Assembly: GCA_964016885.1 (NCBI GenBank)
Contig: CAXHJY010001665.1
Coordinates: 1 to 63,400 of the forward strand
DNA from: Eledone cirrhosa
Taxonomy: Eukaryota
Length of the DNA stretch: 63,400 bases
Direction of reading: 5' to 3'
Below the pieces are notes generated by a model. It saw only the letters and a list, made by a program, of their open reading frames with translations. It was not told the origin of the DNA and did not search any database. A program made the position numbers and the translations under genes. Shown here piece after piece: positions 34,549-49,670 of this stretch; within the stretch, counting starts at the first letter, position 1; each line of letters starts with the position of its first letter.

Positions 34549-35083
34549 TAACATTATTCTAGAAATTAATTTAATTTAAATGTTAGTTAACCTATAAATT
34601 TAATTTAATTAATATTTTATTACAGATGAGAAAATATTATGTAATCATAAATTGTGAAAAACCTTTAAATATTACTAATATATACTTAGTAATTTAATTT
34701 ATAGATTAATTTTAATTTATTTAAACCTTTTATTATAATTCTTTTACAGATAAAATATAGCAAAATAATATCATGTTTCCAATGACGGAGAAATAATTTT
34801 TAGTATTATAGACATAATTAATATACATTTTGGAAATATATTTATTATTTGGTTTTAGTTTTAATCAACCTAAAAATTTTAATTTTAATTTGCTTATAAT
34901 TAGTATCCTTATACAGACGAATTGCAGAATGTCATGTAATCATAGAATGGGATGTGTTTTGGATATATACCTAGTTAATATATTCTGTGCAATTTTTTGA
35001 AAAAGATATGTATATGTATATGTGTATGTATATGTGTGTGTTGTGTATGTGTATCTGTATGTATGTATGTATGTGTATATGTG

Positions 35084-35122
<39 letters not shown>

Positions 35123-35985
35123 GTGTGTATATGTATGTATATGTGTATGTGTATGTATATGTATATGTATGCGTATTAATTTTGATTTCTATTTGCATAT
35201 AATTATATTATGCTATTGATGAAATACAATATCTGCTTTATGTATTGTATACCTAATTAACATATACTAATTAACGTATACTATTGAAATAAATATATAA
35301 TTTTTAATTTAGTTAACATATAATTTATATGCTACTACCGATGTAATACTTTATTTTATTTTTATTTGGGTTTCTTTTCCCTATTACTAAATTCATCTCC
35401 TAATATTGATACCATAACGTTATTAACTTTAATTTAGTTATATTGTAATTAATAATCTACTACTGTTTGACTTCAAAATTCTGCTTCAAATATTATAAAC
35501 CTAACTAATTTACACCTTAGAAATCAATATGTTGGCTATCTTTGGTTTAGTTAACATATGATTAATGGTATACTTATTTATTTTGAGATGCATAGATTTC
35601 GTATTTCCTAGCACTGAAAATATGTAAGAACATACATTGAATTAAGATACGGAAAATATTATATGTTTCTTGAAACATATATTTACTTTGATCCCCTTCT
35701 CCAAACCCCCCCTTTCCCCCATACTATTATCATCTGTATTTGTAAGCGTCTATGTATGAATATATATGTATGTCTCTCTATTTATATGTTTATCTTCGTA
35801 TATATGTGATATATGTGTGTGTGTGTGCACGTATGCATATGTATGTGTTTGTGTGTGTTTGTATGTGTGTGTGTATATATGTGTATGTGCGCACACACAC
35901 ATGCACATATATATATATATATATATGTGAGTGTGTATGTGTGTCTGTGTGTGTGTGTGTGTGTGTATGTGTGTATATATATATG

Positions 35986-36043
<58 letters not shown>

Positions 36044-36460
36044 TGTCTATGTGTGAATATATGTCTTTATTAGTATGTGTGTATTTATGTATGTATGTAT
36101 TTATGTGTATGTATGTATGTGTATGTATGTATGTATATATATATATATATATATATGTGTATATGTATATATATATATGTATATTATTCTTTATTATTAT
36201 AATATAACTTATGTGTATATGTGTATAAGTGAGGTTGTGTATGTATATATAATATGTGTATATATAAGAGTAATAAAATATATATATATATATATATATG
36301 TGCATGTCTGTTTTTTATGTGTGTGTGTATATATATGTATGTATGTATATATGTGTATATATATGTACGTGTGTGTATATGGATATATATATATATATAT
36401 ATATATACATGTGGGTGTTTGTATGTGTTTTTATGGTGGTATGTGTGTGTGGATATATAT

Positions 36461-36497
<37 letters not shown>

Positions 36498-36503
36498 AGT
36501 CTA

Positions 36504-36554
<51 letters not shown>

Positions 36555-36890
36555 ATATATGTGTGTGTATGTATATATATGTGTGTGTGTATGTGTATAT
36601 ATATATATATATATATCTCTATTAATGCGTGTGTGTATGTATATACATATGCTTTTTTATTATTTTTTATTATTATCTTTATTTGTATGTCTGAGTTTGG
36701 TGAGGTTGTATTGTTTTTTATGTATATACACATTTATGGAAGCGTATGTATTTATATATATGAGTATAAGTAGGTGCATATGTATGTATGATTATATATC
36801 TAATTCTGTGTATGAAGGTACATCTATATATATATATATATATACGTGTGTATGTAAGTTGTGTGTGTATGTATCTATATGTCTATGTGA

Positions 36891-36932
<42 letters not shown>

Positions 36933-37031
36933 CGATGTGCGTATATGTATGTACATGTATGTACATGTATGTGTGTATGTATGTGTATGTATATTTAGAT
37001 GTATGTGTATGTATATGTATATGTATGTATA

Positions 37032-37076
<45 letters not shown>

Positions 37077-37902
37077 ATGTATATATATGTGGATATATAT
37101 CTTTATTATCTATTTTTTTTATATATATGTGTATGTGTGTATGTGTTGCGCGTGTGTGTGTGTGTATATATATATCTTTTTATATGTGTATGTGTATGTT
37201 CGTGTAAGTGTATGTGTGTGTATGACTGTATATGTATGTGTGTATGTGTGTATGCGTAAATATCTCTATGTGTGCGTACATGTATGTATGTGTGTTTATA
37301 TATCTGTATGTGTGTATATATATTATATTATAGTTATTATATTTTATTGTTTTATTTTTTTATTTTTCTTAATTTATAGATACATTTATATTAGGCAGTC
37401 TGCTCAGACAATTGAATACTGACCCCTCCCCCCCCTCCCACCTAATTTCTGTATCTTGATCTTGAAATGTGTGTGCCAGTGTTTTATGTGAGTGATTTAA
37501 TTTCTATGTGCTTATGATTTTATATCCACATATATAAATGTGAGTGGGGGAGTGTGTGTGTTTGTATGTTCGTGGTTATGTGTATATTTATGCATATACG
37601 CGCATGTATGTGTGATTATACTGATATGTGTGAGTATGAAAAAATATATTTATATGCTTGACTCCATAAGTATCAATGTGCATCTTATCAGCGCATAAAG
37701 CTTACAGAGATATTAACCTTGAAATTTTGTGTTTGCATCCATCTTTTTAGTATGCGTATACAAATTATACACACATTTTTGTAAAATATGTGTAAGGATT
37801 TTACATGTATATACACACACCGAACTGCTTTTAACCCTTTGTGTTTTCATTGGTCAATTTTGAACTGATATTTTGAATTGTTGTTATTATCAATAAATAT
37901 AC

Positions 37903-38057
37903 TTCATTATTTCTGAAGACGGCGTATATATGTGTTAGGTATGTATATTTAATCTTGATAATTTGTATAATTTTGTATAATTTTGTACATAGATCTGTTG
38001 AATATGCATACCAATTATAACACATATATACCCTAGAAACGATCGTTAAATAATGAA
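37903..38057 (+). ncRNA. Hammerhead ribozyme with extended stem II
   Basis: Identical to 31610-31764. Confidence 0.75.
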
Positions 38058-38399
38058 TTTTTTTGTTTAATATAAGGAATTGTTTATTCATTATTTGTTT
38101 AATATTTTATCTTGACTCTGTATACCGTTTGTCTTTCACCGAAAGTGGATTTTCATCGCATCTCTTCTTTCCATGATATCCGGAATACATTGAGTTCTTC
38201 ATACGGATTGGACACTACCGTAAACTCTTGGTAGATTTATCTACATAATTTAGCTCCTATTTTCACGGAAATATTCGTATTTTTGTACTGTATGTGTGTA
38301 TTAATTTTATATTTATGTATAAACATATATATATGTATGATTTTGTAAACCCATATACATTTAGTTGAGCTCTTTCAATTGTCCATCATCCATATCACA

Positions 38400-40841
38400 A
38401 TGGAAAAACAATATTTAGGAACCTCCTTAAAAAACATACCAATACCTTCTAAGGACGACTTCTTACTCCTTATGATTCAGAAAACTAATAATTTTATCAG
38501 AAGGGTTAGATGGAGAGCCTACCACTTCGATAGGAAATCTAAAAAAGCAGATCGGAAATATATGTATGATTTCAATACTTACAAGAATCCACCACACAAC
38601 TTTTTACTTGAAGACTTCGAGAAAGACCTTTTTAATTTAATTAAACACCTCAAATTTAAAAAGTATAAATCCGTCTTTCAAAAGGACCTTGATTCTACCC
38701 TATTGGACCTAAAAAAGTCTAAAAAAATCCATGTCCACTCGGACAAAACTGGTAACTTGTATCATATGGATATTGAACATTATAATGAGTTCATATATAA
38801 AGAACTCAGAAAAAATTATAAAAAATCTAATAATGTGTCACTCACCAACATCAACAACAAAACACACAACATAGTAAAAAAACTAAACATTGAAGATAGA
38901 ACTGAACCTTTGGCATTGAAAAGACCACACTTCAACCTGAAAGATCACAAATCTAACTTTAACTCTAATCCTTCTATTAGACTTATATGTCCCTCCAAAT
39001 CAGATATTGGAATAATTAGCAAAAAAATTTTAGATAGAGTCATCCCACAAATAAGAAAACACGTTATTTTACCACTCTGGGAAAACACCTCCCAGGTAAT
39101 TAACTGGTTTAAAAATATTAGGTGTAAATCTTCTGCTTCTTTCCTACAATTTGATATAGATAATTACTATTCTTCTATATCACCTATACTCCTGAACAAA
39201 GCATTAATATTTGCTAAAAATAGATCTAATTTAACTTCGGATGACATTAACATTATTACACATGCTAGACTAACACTTATTGAATTTCAGAATGAATACT
39301 GGACCAGAAACACATACAGTAATCTTTTTGATATTACTATGGGTTCAAGCGATTCCGCCCAAATTACTGATCTTGTGGGCCTCTTTCTCCTTTTCAACAT
39401 AAATGCCTCTTTTCCCCACCTCAAAGGTGGTTTATATCGTGATGACTGTCTTCTTCTTTCTAACAACCTTAGCCTTTCAGAAATCGAAAAAAACAAAAAA
39501 CATATTAGAACTTTCCTTAAAGACTATTATAATCTTAATATTACTTTTGAAAAAACAAGTAAAGTAGTAAATTTCCTAGATATAACTTTAGATTTAGCTA
39601 CGGGTATATACCAACCTTACCATAAACCTAACCAAAACTTACATTACATACACTCACAATCTAATCACCCTAAATCTATCCTTAAAAACCTTGCATATAA
39701 TATATCACTTAGAATTTCTAACCTTTCTTCTAACCAAGATGTATTTGATAAAAATGCGACCTTTTATAATGAAGCTCTAGATAGAAGTGGCCACAAAAAT
39801 AGATTAGAGTATATACCTTCTACTAAAAATACTGAAAGCATACAGCATAATATTACCAACAAACACCAAATGAAAAGTACACACCTAAATGCCACCCACA
39901 ATATACCCCAAAATACTAAATCTTCTAATATAAAGTATAGTAACCCTCAAAAAACTACTCATCATACAACTATAATAAATATTAATAATAAAACTCCTAA
40001 TAAAAAAGATAAAACACCTAAATCTACAAATATAACTAAAAATAGTTGTGGTGAGATCATTAACATTAATCCTCCTAGTAAAAATCATGATACAACCTAT
40101 AAAAATAATAAAAATAATAAACAACATAGAAACCGTAATAGACGAGTTACTTGGTATAATGCTCCTTTTAATTTACAAGTTAAGGATAATATTGCTAAAA
40201 AATTTTTTTATATCCTTGAGAAAAACTTCCCGCCAAACCACAAATACCATCAAATCTTAAATAGGTCTACAGTTAAATTCTCATACTCTACAACAAATAA
40301 CATAAAACAAAATATAAGTGCATATAATGCATATAAATGTAAGAAAACCATAAGTATACCACCAGTACATCAAATTAACAATAATATCTCCTCAAATACA
40401 GAATTAACGAAAGGATGTAACTGTAGAAACAAAACAAACTGCCCATTAAAAGGGAATTGTCTTGTTAACAACATAGTCTATAAATGTAATGTTAAAACTA
40501 AAGATTCTATTTGCTCATATATAGGAGCTACCTCTAACAATTTTAAGACAAGGTTTAATACCCACAAGCATAGTTTTAAAAATGCCGCACTGGCTAATAC
40601 AACATCTCTAGCAGAAAAAATCAATAGTTATAAAAATAAGAATATAAAATATGATTTGACCTGGAGTGTGCTCAAAAGAGCCACCCCTTATCAAAATAAT
40701 AGAAAGGAATGTAGATTATGTTCCCAAGAACTATTTGAAATAATGAAGTCTAAGGATATCTTATTAAATAAACGACAGGAATTAATTATATCGTGTAATC
40801 ATAAACTAAAAAAAACATTTAAATATTATAAACCTAATTAA
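38400..40841 (+). CDS. Naiad-type PLE RT/GIY-YIG polyprotein (unit D)
   Basis: Intact; identical protein. Confidence 0.95.
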   Translation: MEKQYLGTSLKNIPIPSKDDFLLLMIQKTNNFIRRVRWRAYHFDRKSKKADRKYMYDFNTYKNPPHNFLLEDFEKDLFNLIKHLKFKKYKSVFQKDLDSTLLDLKKSKKIHVHSDKTGNLYHMDIEHYNEFIYKELRKNYKKSNNVSLTNINNKTHNIVKKLNIEDRTEPLALKRPHFNLKDHKSNFNSNPSIRLICPSKSDIGIISKKILDRVIPQIRKHVILPLWENTSQVINWFKNIRCKSSASFLQFDIDNYYSSISPILLNKALIFAKNRSNLTSDDINIITHARLTLIEFQNEYWTRNTYSNLFDITMGSSDSAQITDLVGLFLLFNINASFPHLKGGLYRDDCLLLSNNLSLSEIEKNKKHIRTFLKDYYNLNITFEKTSKVVNFLDITLDLATGIYQPYHKPNQNLHYIHSQSNHPKSILKNLAYNISLRISNLSSNQDVFDKNATFYNEALDRSGHKNRLEYIPSTKNTESIQHNITNKHQMKSTHLNATHNIPQNTKSSNIKYSNPQKTTHHTTIININNKTPNKKDKTPKSTNITKNSCGEIININPPSKNHDTTYKNNKNNKQHRNRNRRVTWYNAPFNLQVKDNIAKKFFYILEKNFPPNHKYHQILNRSTVKFSYSTTNNIKQNISAYNAYKCKKTISIPPVHQINNNISSNTELTKGCNCRNKTNCPLKGNCLVNNIVYKCNVKTKDSICSYIGATSNNFKTRFNTHKHSFKNAALANTTSLAEKINSYKNKNIKYDLTWSVLKRATPYQNNRKECRLCSQELFEIMKSKDILLNKRQELIISCNHKLKKTFKYYKPN

Positions 40842-41376
40842 TAACATTATTCTAGAAATTAATTTAATTTAAATGTTAGTTAACCTATAAATTTAATTTA
40901 ATTAATATTTTATTACAGATGAGAAAATATTATGTAATCATAAATTGTGAAAAACCTTTAAATATTACTAATATATACTTAGTAATTTAATTTATAGATT
41001 AATTTTAATTTATTTAAACCTTTTATTATAATTCTTTTACAGATAAAATATAGCAAAATAATATCATGTTTCCAATGACGGAGAAATAATTTTTAGTATT
41101 ATAGACATAATTAATATACATTTTGGAAATATATTTATTATTTGGTTTTAGTTTTAATCAACCTAAAAATTTTAATTTTAATTTGCTTATAATTAGTATC
41201 CTTATACAGACGAATTGCAGAATGTCATGTAATCATAGAATGGGATGTGTTTTGGATATATACCTAGTTAATATATTCTGTGCAATTTTTTGAAAAAGAT
41301 ATGTATATGTATATGTGTATGTATATGTGTGTGTTGTGTATGTGTATCTGTATGTATGTATGTATGTGTATATGTG

Positions 41377-41415
<39 letters not shown>

Positions 41416-42278
41416 GTGTGTATATGTATGTATATGTGTATGTGTATGTATATGTATATGTATGCGTATTAATTTTGATTTCTATTTGCATATAATTATA
41501 TTATGCTATTGATGAAATACAATATCTGCTTTATGTATTGTATACCTAATTAACATATACTAATTAACGTATACTATTGAAATAAATATATAATTTTTAA
41601 TTTAGTTAACATATAATTTATATGCTACTACCGATGTAATACTTTATTTTATTTTTATTTGGGTTTCTTTTCCCTATTACTAAATTCATCTCCTAATATT
41701 GATACCATAACGTTATTAACTTTAATTTAGTTATATTGTAATTAATAATCTACTACTGTTTGACTTCAAAATTCTGCTTCAAATATTATAAACCTAACTA
41801 ATTTACACCTTAGAAATCAATATGTTGGCTATCTTTGGTTTAGTTAACATATGATTAATGGTATACTTATTTATTTTGAGATGCATAGATTTCGTATTTC
41901 CTAGCACTGAAAATATGTAAGAACATACATTGAATTAAGATACGGAAAATATTATATGTTTCTTGAAACATATATTTACTTTGATCCCCTTCTCCAAACC
42001 CCCCCTTTCCCCCATACTATTATCATCTGTATTTGTAAGCGTCTATGTATGAATATATATGTATGTCTCTCTATTTATATGTTTATCTTCGTATATATGT
42101 GATATATGTGTGTGTGTGTGCACGTATGCATATGTATGTGTTTGTGTGTGTTTGTATGTGTGTGTGTATATATGTGTATGTGCGCACACACACATGCACA
42201 TATATATATATATATATATGTGAGTGTGTATGTGTGTCTGTGTGTGTGTGTGTGTGTGTATGTGTGTATATATATATG

Positions 42279-42336
<58 letters not shown>

Positions 42337-42673
42337 TGTCTATGTGTGAATATATGTCTTTATTAGTATGTGTGTATTTATGTATGTATGTATTTATGTG
42401 TATGTATGTATGTGTATGTATGTATGTATATATATATATATATATATATGTGTATATGTATATATATATATGTATATTATTCTTTATTATTATAATATAA
42501 CTTATGTGTATATGTGTATAAGTGAGGTTGTGTATGTATATATAATATGTGTATATATAAGAGTAATAAAATATATATATATATATATATATGTGCATGT
42601 CTGTTTTTTATGTGTGTGTGTATATATATGTATGTATGTATATATGTGTATATATATGTACGTGTGTGTATAT

Positions 42674-42707
<34 letters not shown>

Positions 42708-42760
42708 GTGGGTGTTTGTATGTGTTTTTATGGTGGTATGTGTGTGTGGATATATATGTT

Positions 42761-42792
<32 letters not shown>

Positions 42793-42798
42793 AGTCTA

Positions 42799-42855
<57 letters not shown>

Positions 42856-43191
42856 ATATATGTGTGTGTATGTATATATATGTGTGTGTGTATGTGTATA
42901 TATATATATATATATATCTCTATTAATGCGTGTGTGTATGTATATACATATGCTTTTTTATTATTTTTTATTATTATCTTTATTTGTATGTCTGAGTTTG
43001 GTGAGGTTGTATTGTTTTTTATGTATATACACATTTATGGAAGCGTATGTATTTATATATATGAGTATAAGTAGGTGCATATGTATGTATGATTATATAT
43101 CTAATTCTGTGTATGAAGGTACATCTATATATATATATATATATACGTGTGTATGTAAGTTGTGTGTGTATGTATCTATATGTCTATGTGA

Positions 43192-43233
<42 letters not shown>

Positions 43234-43332
43234 CGATGTGCGTATATGTATGTACATGTATGTACATGTATGTGTGTATGTATGTGTATGTATATTTAGA
43301 TGTATGTGTATGTATATGTATATGTATGTATA

Positions 43333-43377
<45 letters not shown>

Positions 43378-44203
43378 ATGTATATATATGTGGATATATA
43401 TCTTTATTATCTATTTTTTTTATATATATGTGTATGTGTGTATGTGTTGCGCGTGTGTGTGTGTGTATATATATATCTTTTTATATGTGTATGTGTATGT
43501 TCGTGTAAGTGTATGTGTGTGTATGACTGTATATGTATGTGTGTATGTGTGTATGCGTAAATATCTCTATGTGTGCGTACATGTATGTATGTGTGTTTAT
43601 ATATCTGTATGTGTGTATATATATTATATTATAGTTATTATATTTTATTGTTTTATTTTTTTATTTTTCTTAATTTATAGATACATTTATATTAGGCAGT
43701 CTGCTCAGACAATTGAATACTGACCCCTCCCCCCCCTCCCACCTAATTTCTGTATCTTGATCTTGAAATGTGTGTGCCAGTGTTTTATGTGAGTGATTTA
43801 ATTTCTATGTGCTTATGATTTTATATCCACATATATAAATGTGAGTGGGGGAGTGTGTGTGTTTGTATGTTCGTGGTTATGTGTATATTTATGCATATAC
43901 GCGCATGTATGTGTGATTATACTGATATGTGTGAGTATGAAAAAATATATTTATATGCTTGACTCCATAAGTATCAATGTGCATCTTATCAGCGCATAAA
44001 GCTTACAGAGATATTAACCTTGAAATTTTGTGTTTGCATCCATCTTTTTAGTATGCGTATACAAATTATACACACATTTTTGTAAAATATGTGTAAGGAT
44101 TTTACATGTATATACACACACCGAACTGCTTTTAACCCTTTGTGTTTTCATTGGTCAATTTTGAACTGATATTTTGAATTGTTGTTATTATCAATAAATA
44201 TAC

Positions 44204-44358
44204 TTCATTATTTCTGAAGACGGCGTATATATGTGTTAGGTATGTATATTTAATCTTGATAATTTGTATAATTTTGTATAATTTTGTACATAGATCTGTT
44301 GAATATGCATACCAATTATAACACATATATACCCTAGAAACGATCGTTAAATAATGAA
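44204..44358 (+). ncRNA. Hammerhead ribozyme with extended stem II
   Basis: Identical to 31610-31764. Confidence 0.75.
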
Positions 44359-44700
44359 TTTTTTTGTTTAATATAAGGAATTGTTTATTCATTATTTGTT
44401 TAATATTTTATCTTGACTCTGTATACCGTTTGTCTTTCACCGAAAGTGGATTTTCATCGCATCTCTTCTTTCCATGATATCCGGAATACATTGAGTTCTT
44501 CATACGGATTGGACACTACCGTAAACTCTTGGTAGATTTATCTACATAATTTAGCTCCTATTTTCACGGAAATATTCGTATTTTTGTACTGTATGTGTGT
44601 ATTAATTTTATATTTATGTATAAACATATATATATGTATGATTTTGTAAACCCATATACATTTAGTTGAGCTCTTTCAATTGTCCATCATCCATATCACA

Positions 44701-47142
44701 ATGGAAAAACAATATTTAGGAACCTCCTTAAAAAACATACCAATACCTTCTAAGGACGACTTCTTACTCCTTATGATTCAGAAAACTAATAATTTTATCA
44801 GAAGGGTTAGATGGAGAGCCTACCACTTCGATAGGAAATCTAAAAAAGCAGATCGGAAATATATGTATGATTTCAATACTTACAAGAATCCACCACACAA
44901 CTTTTTACTTGAAGACTTCGAGAAAGACCTTTTTAATTTAATTAAACACCTCAAATTTAAAAAGTATAAATCCGTCTTTCAAAAGGACCTTGATTCTACC
45001 CTATTGGACCTAAAAAAGTCTAAAAAAATCCATGTCCACTCGGACAAAACTGGTAACTTGTATCATATGGATATTGAACATTATAATGAGTTCATATATA
45101 AAGAACTCAGAAAAAATTATAAAAAATCTAATAATGTGTCACTCACCAACATCAACAACAAAACACACAACATAGTAAAAAAACTAAACATTGAAGATAG
45201 AACTGAACCTTTGGCATTGAAAAGACCACACTTCAACCTGAAAGATCACAAATCTAACTTTAACTCTAATCCTTCTATTAGACTTATATGTCCCTCCAAA
45301 TCAGATATTGGAATAATTAGCAAAAAAATTTTAGATAGAGTCATCCCACAAATAAGAAAACACGTTATTTTACCACTCTGGGAAAACACCTCCCAGGTAA
45401 TTAACTGGTTTAAAAATATTAGGTGTAAATCTTCTGCTTCTTTCCTACAATTTGATATAGATAATTACTATTCTTCTATATCACCTATACTCCTGAACAA
45501 AGCATTAATATTTGCTAAAAATAGATCTAATTTAACTTCGGATGACATTAACATTATTACACATGCTAGACTAACACTTATTGAATTTCAGAATGAATAC
45601 TGGACCAGAAACACATACAGTAATCTTTTTGATATTACTATGGGTTCAAGCGATTCCGCCCAAATTACTGATCTTGTGGGCCTCTTTCTCCTTTTCAACA
45701 TAAATGCCTCTTTTCCCCACCTCAAAGGTGGTTTATATCGTGATGACTGTCTTCTTCTTTCTAACAACCTTAGCCTTTCAGAAATCGAAAAAAACAAAAA
45801 ACATATTAGAACTTTCCTTAAAGACTATTATAATCTTAATATTACTTTTGAAAAAACAAGTAAAGTAGTAAATTTCCTAGATATAACTTTAGATTTAGCT
45901 ACGGGTATATACCAACCTTACCATAAACCTAACCAAAACTTACATTACATACACTCACAATCTAATCACCCTAAATCTATCCTTAAAAACCTTGCATATA
46001 ATATATCACTTAGAATTTCTAACCTTTCTTCTAACCAAGATGTATTTGATAAAAATGCGACCTTTTATAATGAAGCTCTAGATAGAAGTGGCCACAAAAA
46101 TAGATTAGAGTATATACCTTCTACTAAAAATACTGAAAGCATACAGCATAATATTACCAACAAACACCAAATGAAAAGTACACACCTAAATGCCACCCAC
46201 AATATACCCCAAAATACTAAATCTTCTAATATAAAGTATAGTAACCCTCAAAAAACTACTCATCATACAACTATAATAAATATTAATAATAAAACTCCTA
46301 ATAAAAAAGATAAAACACCTAAATCTACAAATATAACTAAAAATAGTTGTGGTGAGATCATTAACATTAATCCTCCTAGTAAAAATCATGATACAACCTA
46401 TAAAAATAATAAAAATAATAAACAACATAGAAACCGTAATAGACGAGTTACTTGGTATAATGCTCCTTTTAATTTACAAGTTAAGGATAATATTGCTAAA
46501 AAATTTTTTTATATCCTTGAGAAAAACTTCCCGCCAAACCACAAATACCATCAAATCTTAAATAGGTCTACAGTTAAATTCTCATACTCTACAACAAATA
46601 ACATAAAACAAAATATAAGTGCATATAATGCATATAAATGTAAGAAAACCATAAGTATACCACCAGTACATCAAATTAACAATAATATCTCCTCAAATAC
46701 AGAATTAACGAAAGGATGTAACTGTAGAAACAAAACAAACTGCCCATTAAAAGGGAATTGTCTTGTTAACAACATAGTCTATAAATGTAATGTTAAAACT
46801 AAAGATTCTATTTGCTCATATATAGGAGCTACCTCTAACAATTTTAAGACAAGGTTTAATACCCACAAGCATAGTTTTAAAAATGCCGCACTGGCTAATA
46901 CAACATCTCTAGCAGAAAAAATCAATAGTTATAAAAATAAGAATATAAAATATGATTTGACCTGGAGTGTGCTCAAAAGAGCCACCCCTTATCAAAATAA
47001 TAGAAAGGAATGTAGATTATGTTCCCAAGAACTATTTGAAATAATGAAGTCTAAGGATATCTTATTAAATAAACGACAGGAATTAATTATATCGTGTAAT
47101 CATAAACTAAAAAAAACATTTAAATATTATAAACCTAATTAA
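44701..47142 (+). CDS. Naiad-type PLE RT/GIY-YIG polyprotein (unit E)
   Basis: Intact; identical protein. Confidence 0.95.
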   Translation: MEKQYLGTSLKNIPIPSKDDFLLLMIQKTNNFIRRVRWRAYHFDRKSKKADRKYMYDFNTYKNPPHNFLLEDFEKDLFNLIKHLKFKKYKSVFQKDLDSTLLDLKKSKKIHVHSDKTGNLYHMDIEHYNEFIYKELRKNYKKSNNVSLTNINNKTHNIVKKLNIEDRTEPLALKRPHFNLKDHKSNFNSNPSIRLICPSKSDIGIISKKILDRVIPQIRKHVILPLWENTSQVINWFKNIRCKSSASFLQFDIDNYYSSISPILLNKALIFAKNRSNLTSDDINIITHARLTLIEFQNEYWTRNTYSNLFDITMGSSDSAQITDLVGLFLLFNINASFPHLKGGLYRDDCLLLSNNLSLSEIEKNKKHIRTFLKDYYNLNITFEKTSKVVNFLDITLDLATGIYQPYHKPNQNLHYIHSQSNHPKSILKNLAYNISLRISNLSSNQDVFDKNATFYNEALDRSGHKNRLEYIPSTKNTESIQHNITNKHQMKSTHLNATHNIPQNTKSSNIKYSNPQKTTHHTTIININNKTPNKKDKTPKSTNITKNSCGEIININPPSKNHDTTYKNNKNNKQHRNRNRRVTWYNAPFNLQVKDNIAKKFFYILEKNFPPNHKYHQILNRSTVKFSYSTTNNIKQNISAYNAYKCKKTISIPPVHQINNNISSNTELTKGCNCRNKTNCPLKGNCLVNNIVYKCNVKTKDSICSYIGATSNNFKTRFNTHKHSFKNAALANTTSLAEKINSYKNKNIKYDLTWSVLKRATPYQNNRKECRLCSQELFEIMKSKDILLNKRQELIISCNHKLKKTFKYYKPN

Positions 47143-47677
47143 TAACATTATTCTAGAAATTAATTTAATTTAAATGTTAGTTAACCTATAAATTTAATTT
47201 AATTAATATTTTATTACAGATGAGAAAATATTATGTAATCATAAATTGTGAAAAACCTTTAAATATTACTAATATATACTTAGTAATTTAATTTATAGAT
47301 TAATTTTAATTTATTTAAACCTTTTATTATAATTCTTTTACAGATAAAATATAGCAAAATAATATCATGTTTCCAATGACGGAGAAATAATTTTTAGTAT
47401 TATAGACATAATTAATATACATTTTGGAAATATATTTATTATTTGGTTTTAGTTTTAATCAACCTAAAAATTTTAATTTTAATTTGCTTATAATTAGTAT
47501 CCTTATACAGACGAATTGCAGAATGTCATGTAATCATAGAATGGGATGTGTTTTGGATATATACCTAGTTAATATATTCTGTGCAATTTTTTGAAAAAGA
47601 TATGTATATGTATATGTGTATGTATATGTGTGTGTTGTGTATGTGTATCTGTATGTATGTATGTATGTGTATATGTG

Positions 47678-47714
<37 letters not shown>

Positions 47715-49052
47715 GTGTGTATATGTATGTATATGTGTATGTGTATGTATATGTATATGTATGCGTATTAATTTTGATTTCTATTTGCATATAATTATAT
47801 TATGCTATTGATGAAATACAATATCTGCTTTATGTATTGTATACCTAATTAACATATACTAATTAACGTATACTATTGAAATAAATATATAATTTTTAAT
47901 TTAGTTAACATATAATTTATATGCTACTACCGATGTAATACTTTATTTTATTTTTATTTGGGTTTCTTTTCCCTGTTACTAAATTCATCTCCTAATATTG
48001 ATACCATAACGTTATTAACTTTAATTTAGTTATATTGTAATTAATAATCTACTACTGTTTGACTTCAAAATTCTGCTTCAAATATTATAAACCTAACTAA
48101 TTTACACCTTAGAAATCAATATGTTGGCTATCTTTGGTTTAGTTAACATATGATTAATGGTATACTTATTTATTTTGAGATGCATAGATTTCGTATTTCC
48201 TAGCACTGAAAATATGTAAGAACATACATTGAATTAAGATACGGAAAATATTATATGTTTCTTGAAACATATATTTACTTTGATCCCCTTCTCCAAACCC
48301 CCCCTTTCCCCCATACTATTATCATCTGTATTTGTAAGCGTCTATGTATGAATATATATGTATGTCTCTCTATTTATATGTTTATCTTCGTATCTATGTG
48401 ATATATGTGTGTGTGTGTGCACGTATGCATATGTATGTGTTTGTGTGTGTTTGTATGTGTGTGTGTATATATGTGTATGTGCGCACACACACATGCACAT
48501 ATATATATATATATATATGTGAGTGTGTATGTGTGTCTGTGTGTGTGTGTGTGTGTGTATGTGTGTATATATATATGTATATATATATATATGTATATAT
48601 ATATATAGATATATATATATATATATATATATAGGTGTCTATGTGTGAATATATGTCTTTATTAGTATGTGTGTATTTATGTATGTATGTATTTATGTGT
48701 ATGTATGTATGTGTATGTATGTATGTATATATATATATATATATATATGTGTATATGTATATATATATATGTATATTATTCTTTATTATTATAATATAAC
48801 TTATGTGTATATGTGTATAAGTGAGGTTGTGTATGTATATATAATATGTGTATATATAAGAGTAATAAAATATATATATATATATATATATGTGCATGTC
48901 TGTTTTTTATGTGTGTGTGTATATATATGTATGTATGTATATATGTGTATATATATGTACGTGTGTGTATATGGATATATATATATATATATATATATAC
49001 ATGTGGGTGTTTGTATGTGTTTTTATGGTGGTATGTGTGTGTGGATATATAT

Positions 49053-49089
<37 letters not shown>

Positions 49090-49095
49090 AGTCTA

Positions 49096-49152
<57 letters not shown>

Positions 49153-49488
49153 ATATATGTGTGTGTATGTATATATATGTGTGTGTGTATGTGTATATAT
49201 ATATATATATATATCTCTATTAATGCGTGTGTGTATGTATATACATATGCTTTTTTATTATTTTTTATTATTATCTTTATTTGTATGTCTGAGTTTGGTG
49301 AGGTTGTATTGTTTTTTATGTATATACACATTTATGGAAGCGTATGTATTTATATATATGAGTATAAGTAGGTGCATATGTATGTATGATTATATATCTA
49401 ATTCTGTGTATGAAGGTACATCTATATATATATATATATATACGTGTGTATGTAAGTTGTGTGTGTATGTATCTATATGTCTATGTGA

Positions 49489-49528
<40 letters not shown>

Positions 49529-49627
49529 CGATGTGCGTATATGTATGTACATGTATGTACATGTATGTGTGTATGTATGTGTATGTATATTTAGATGTAT
49601 GTGTATGTATATGTATATGTATGTATA

Positions 49628-49670
<43 letters not shown>

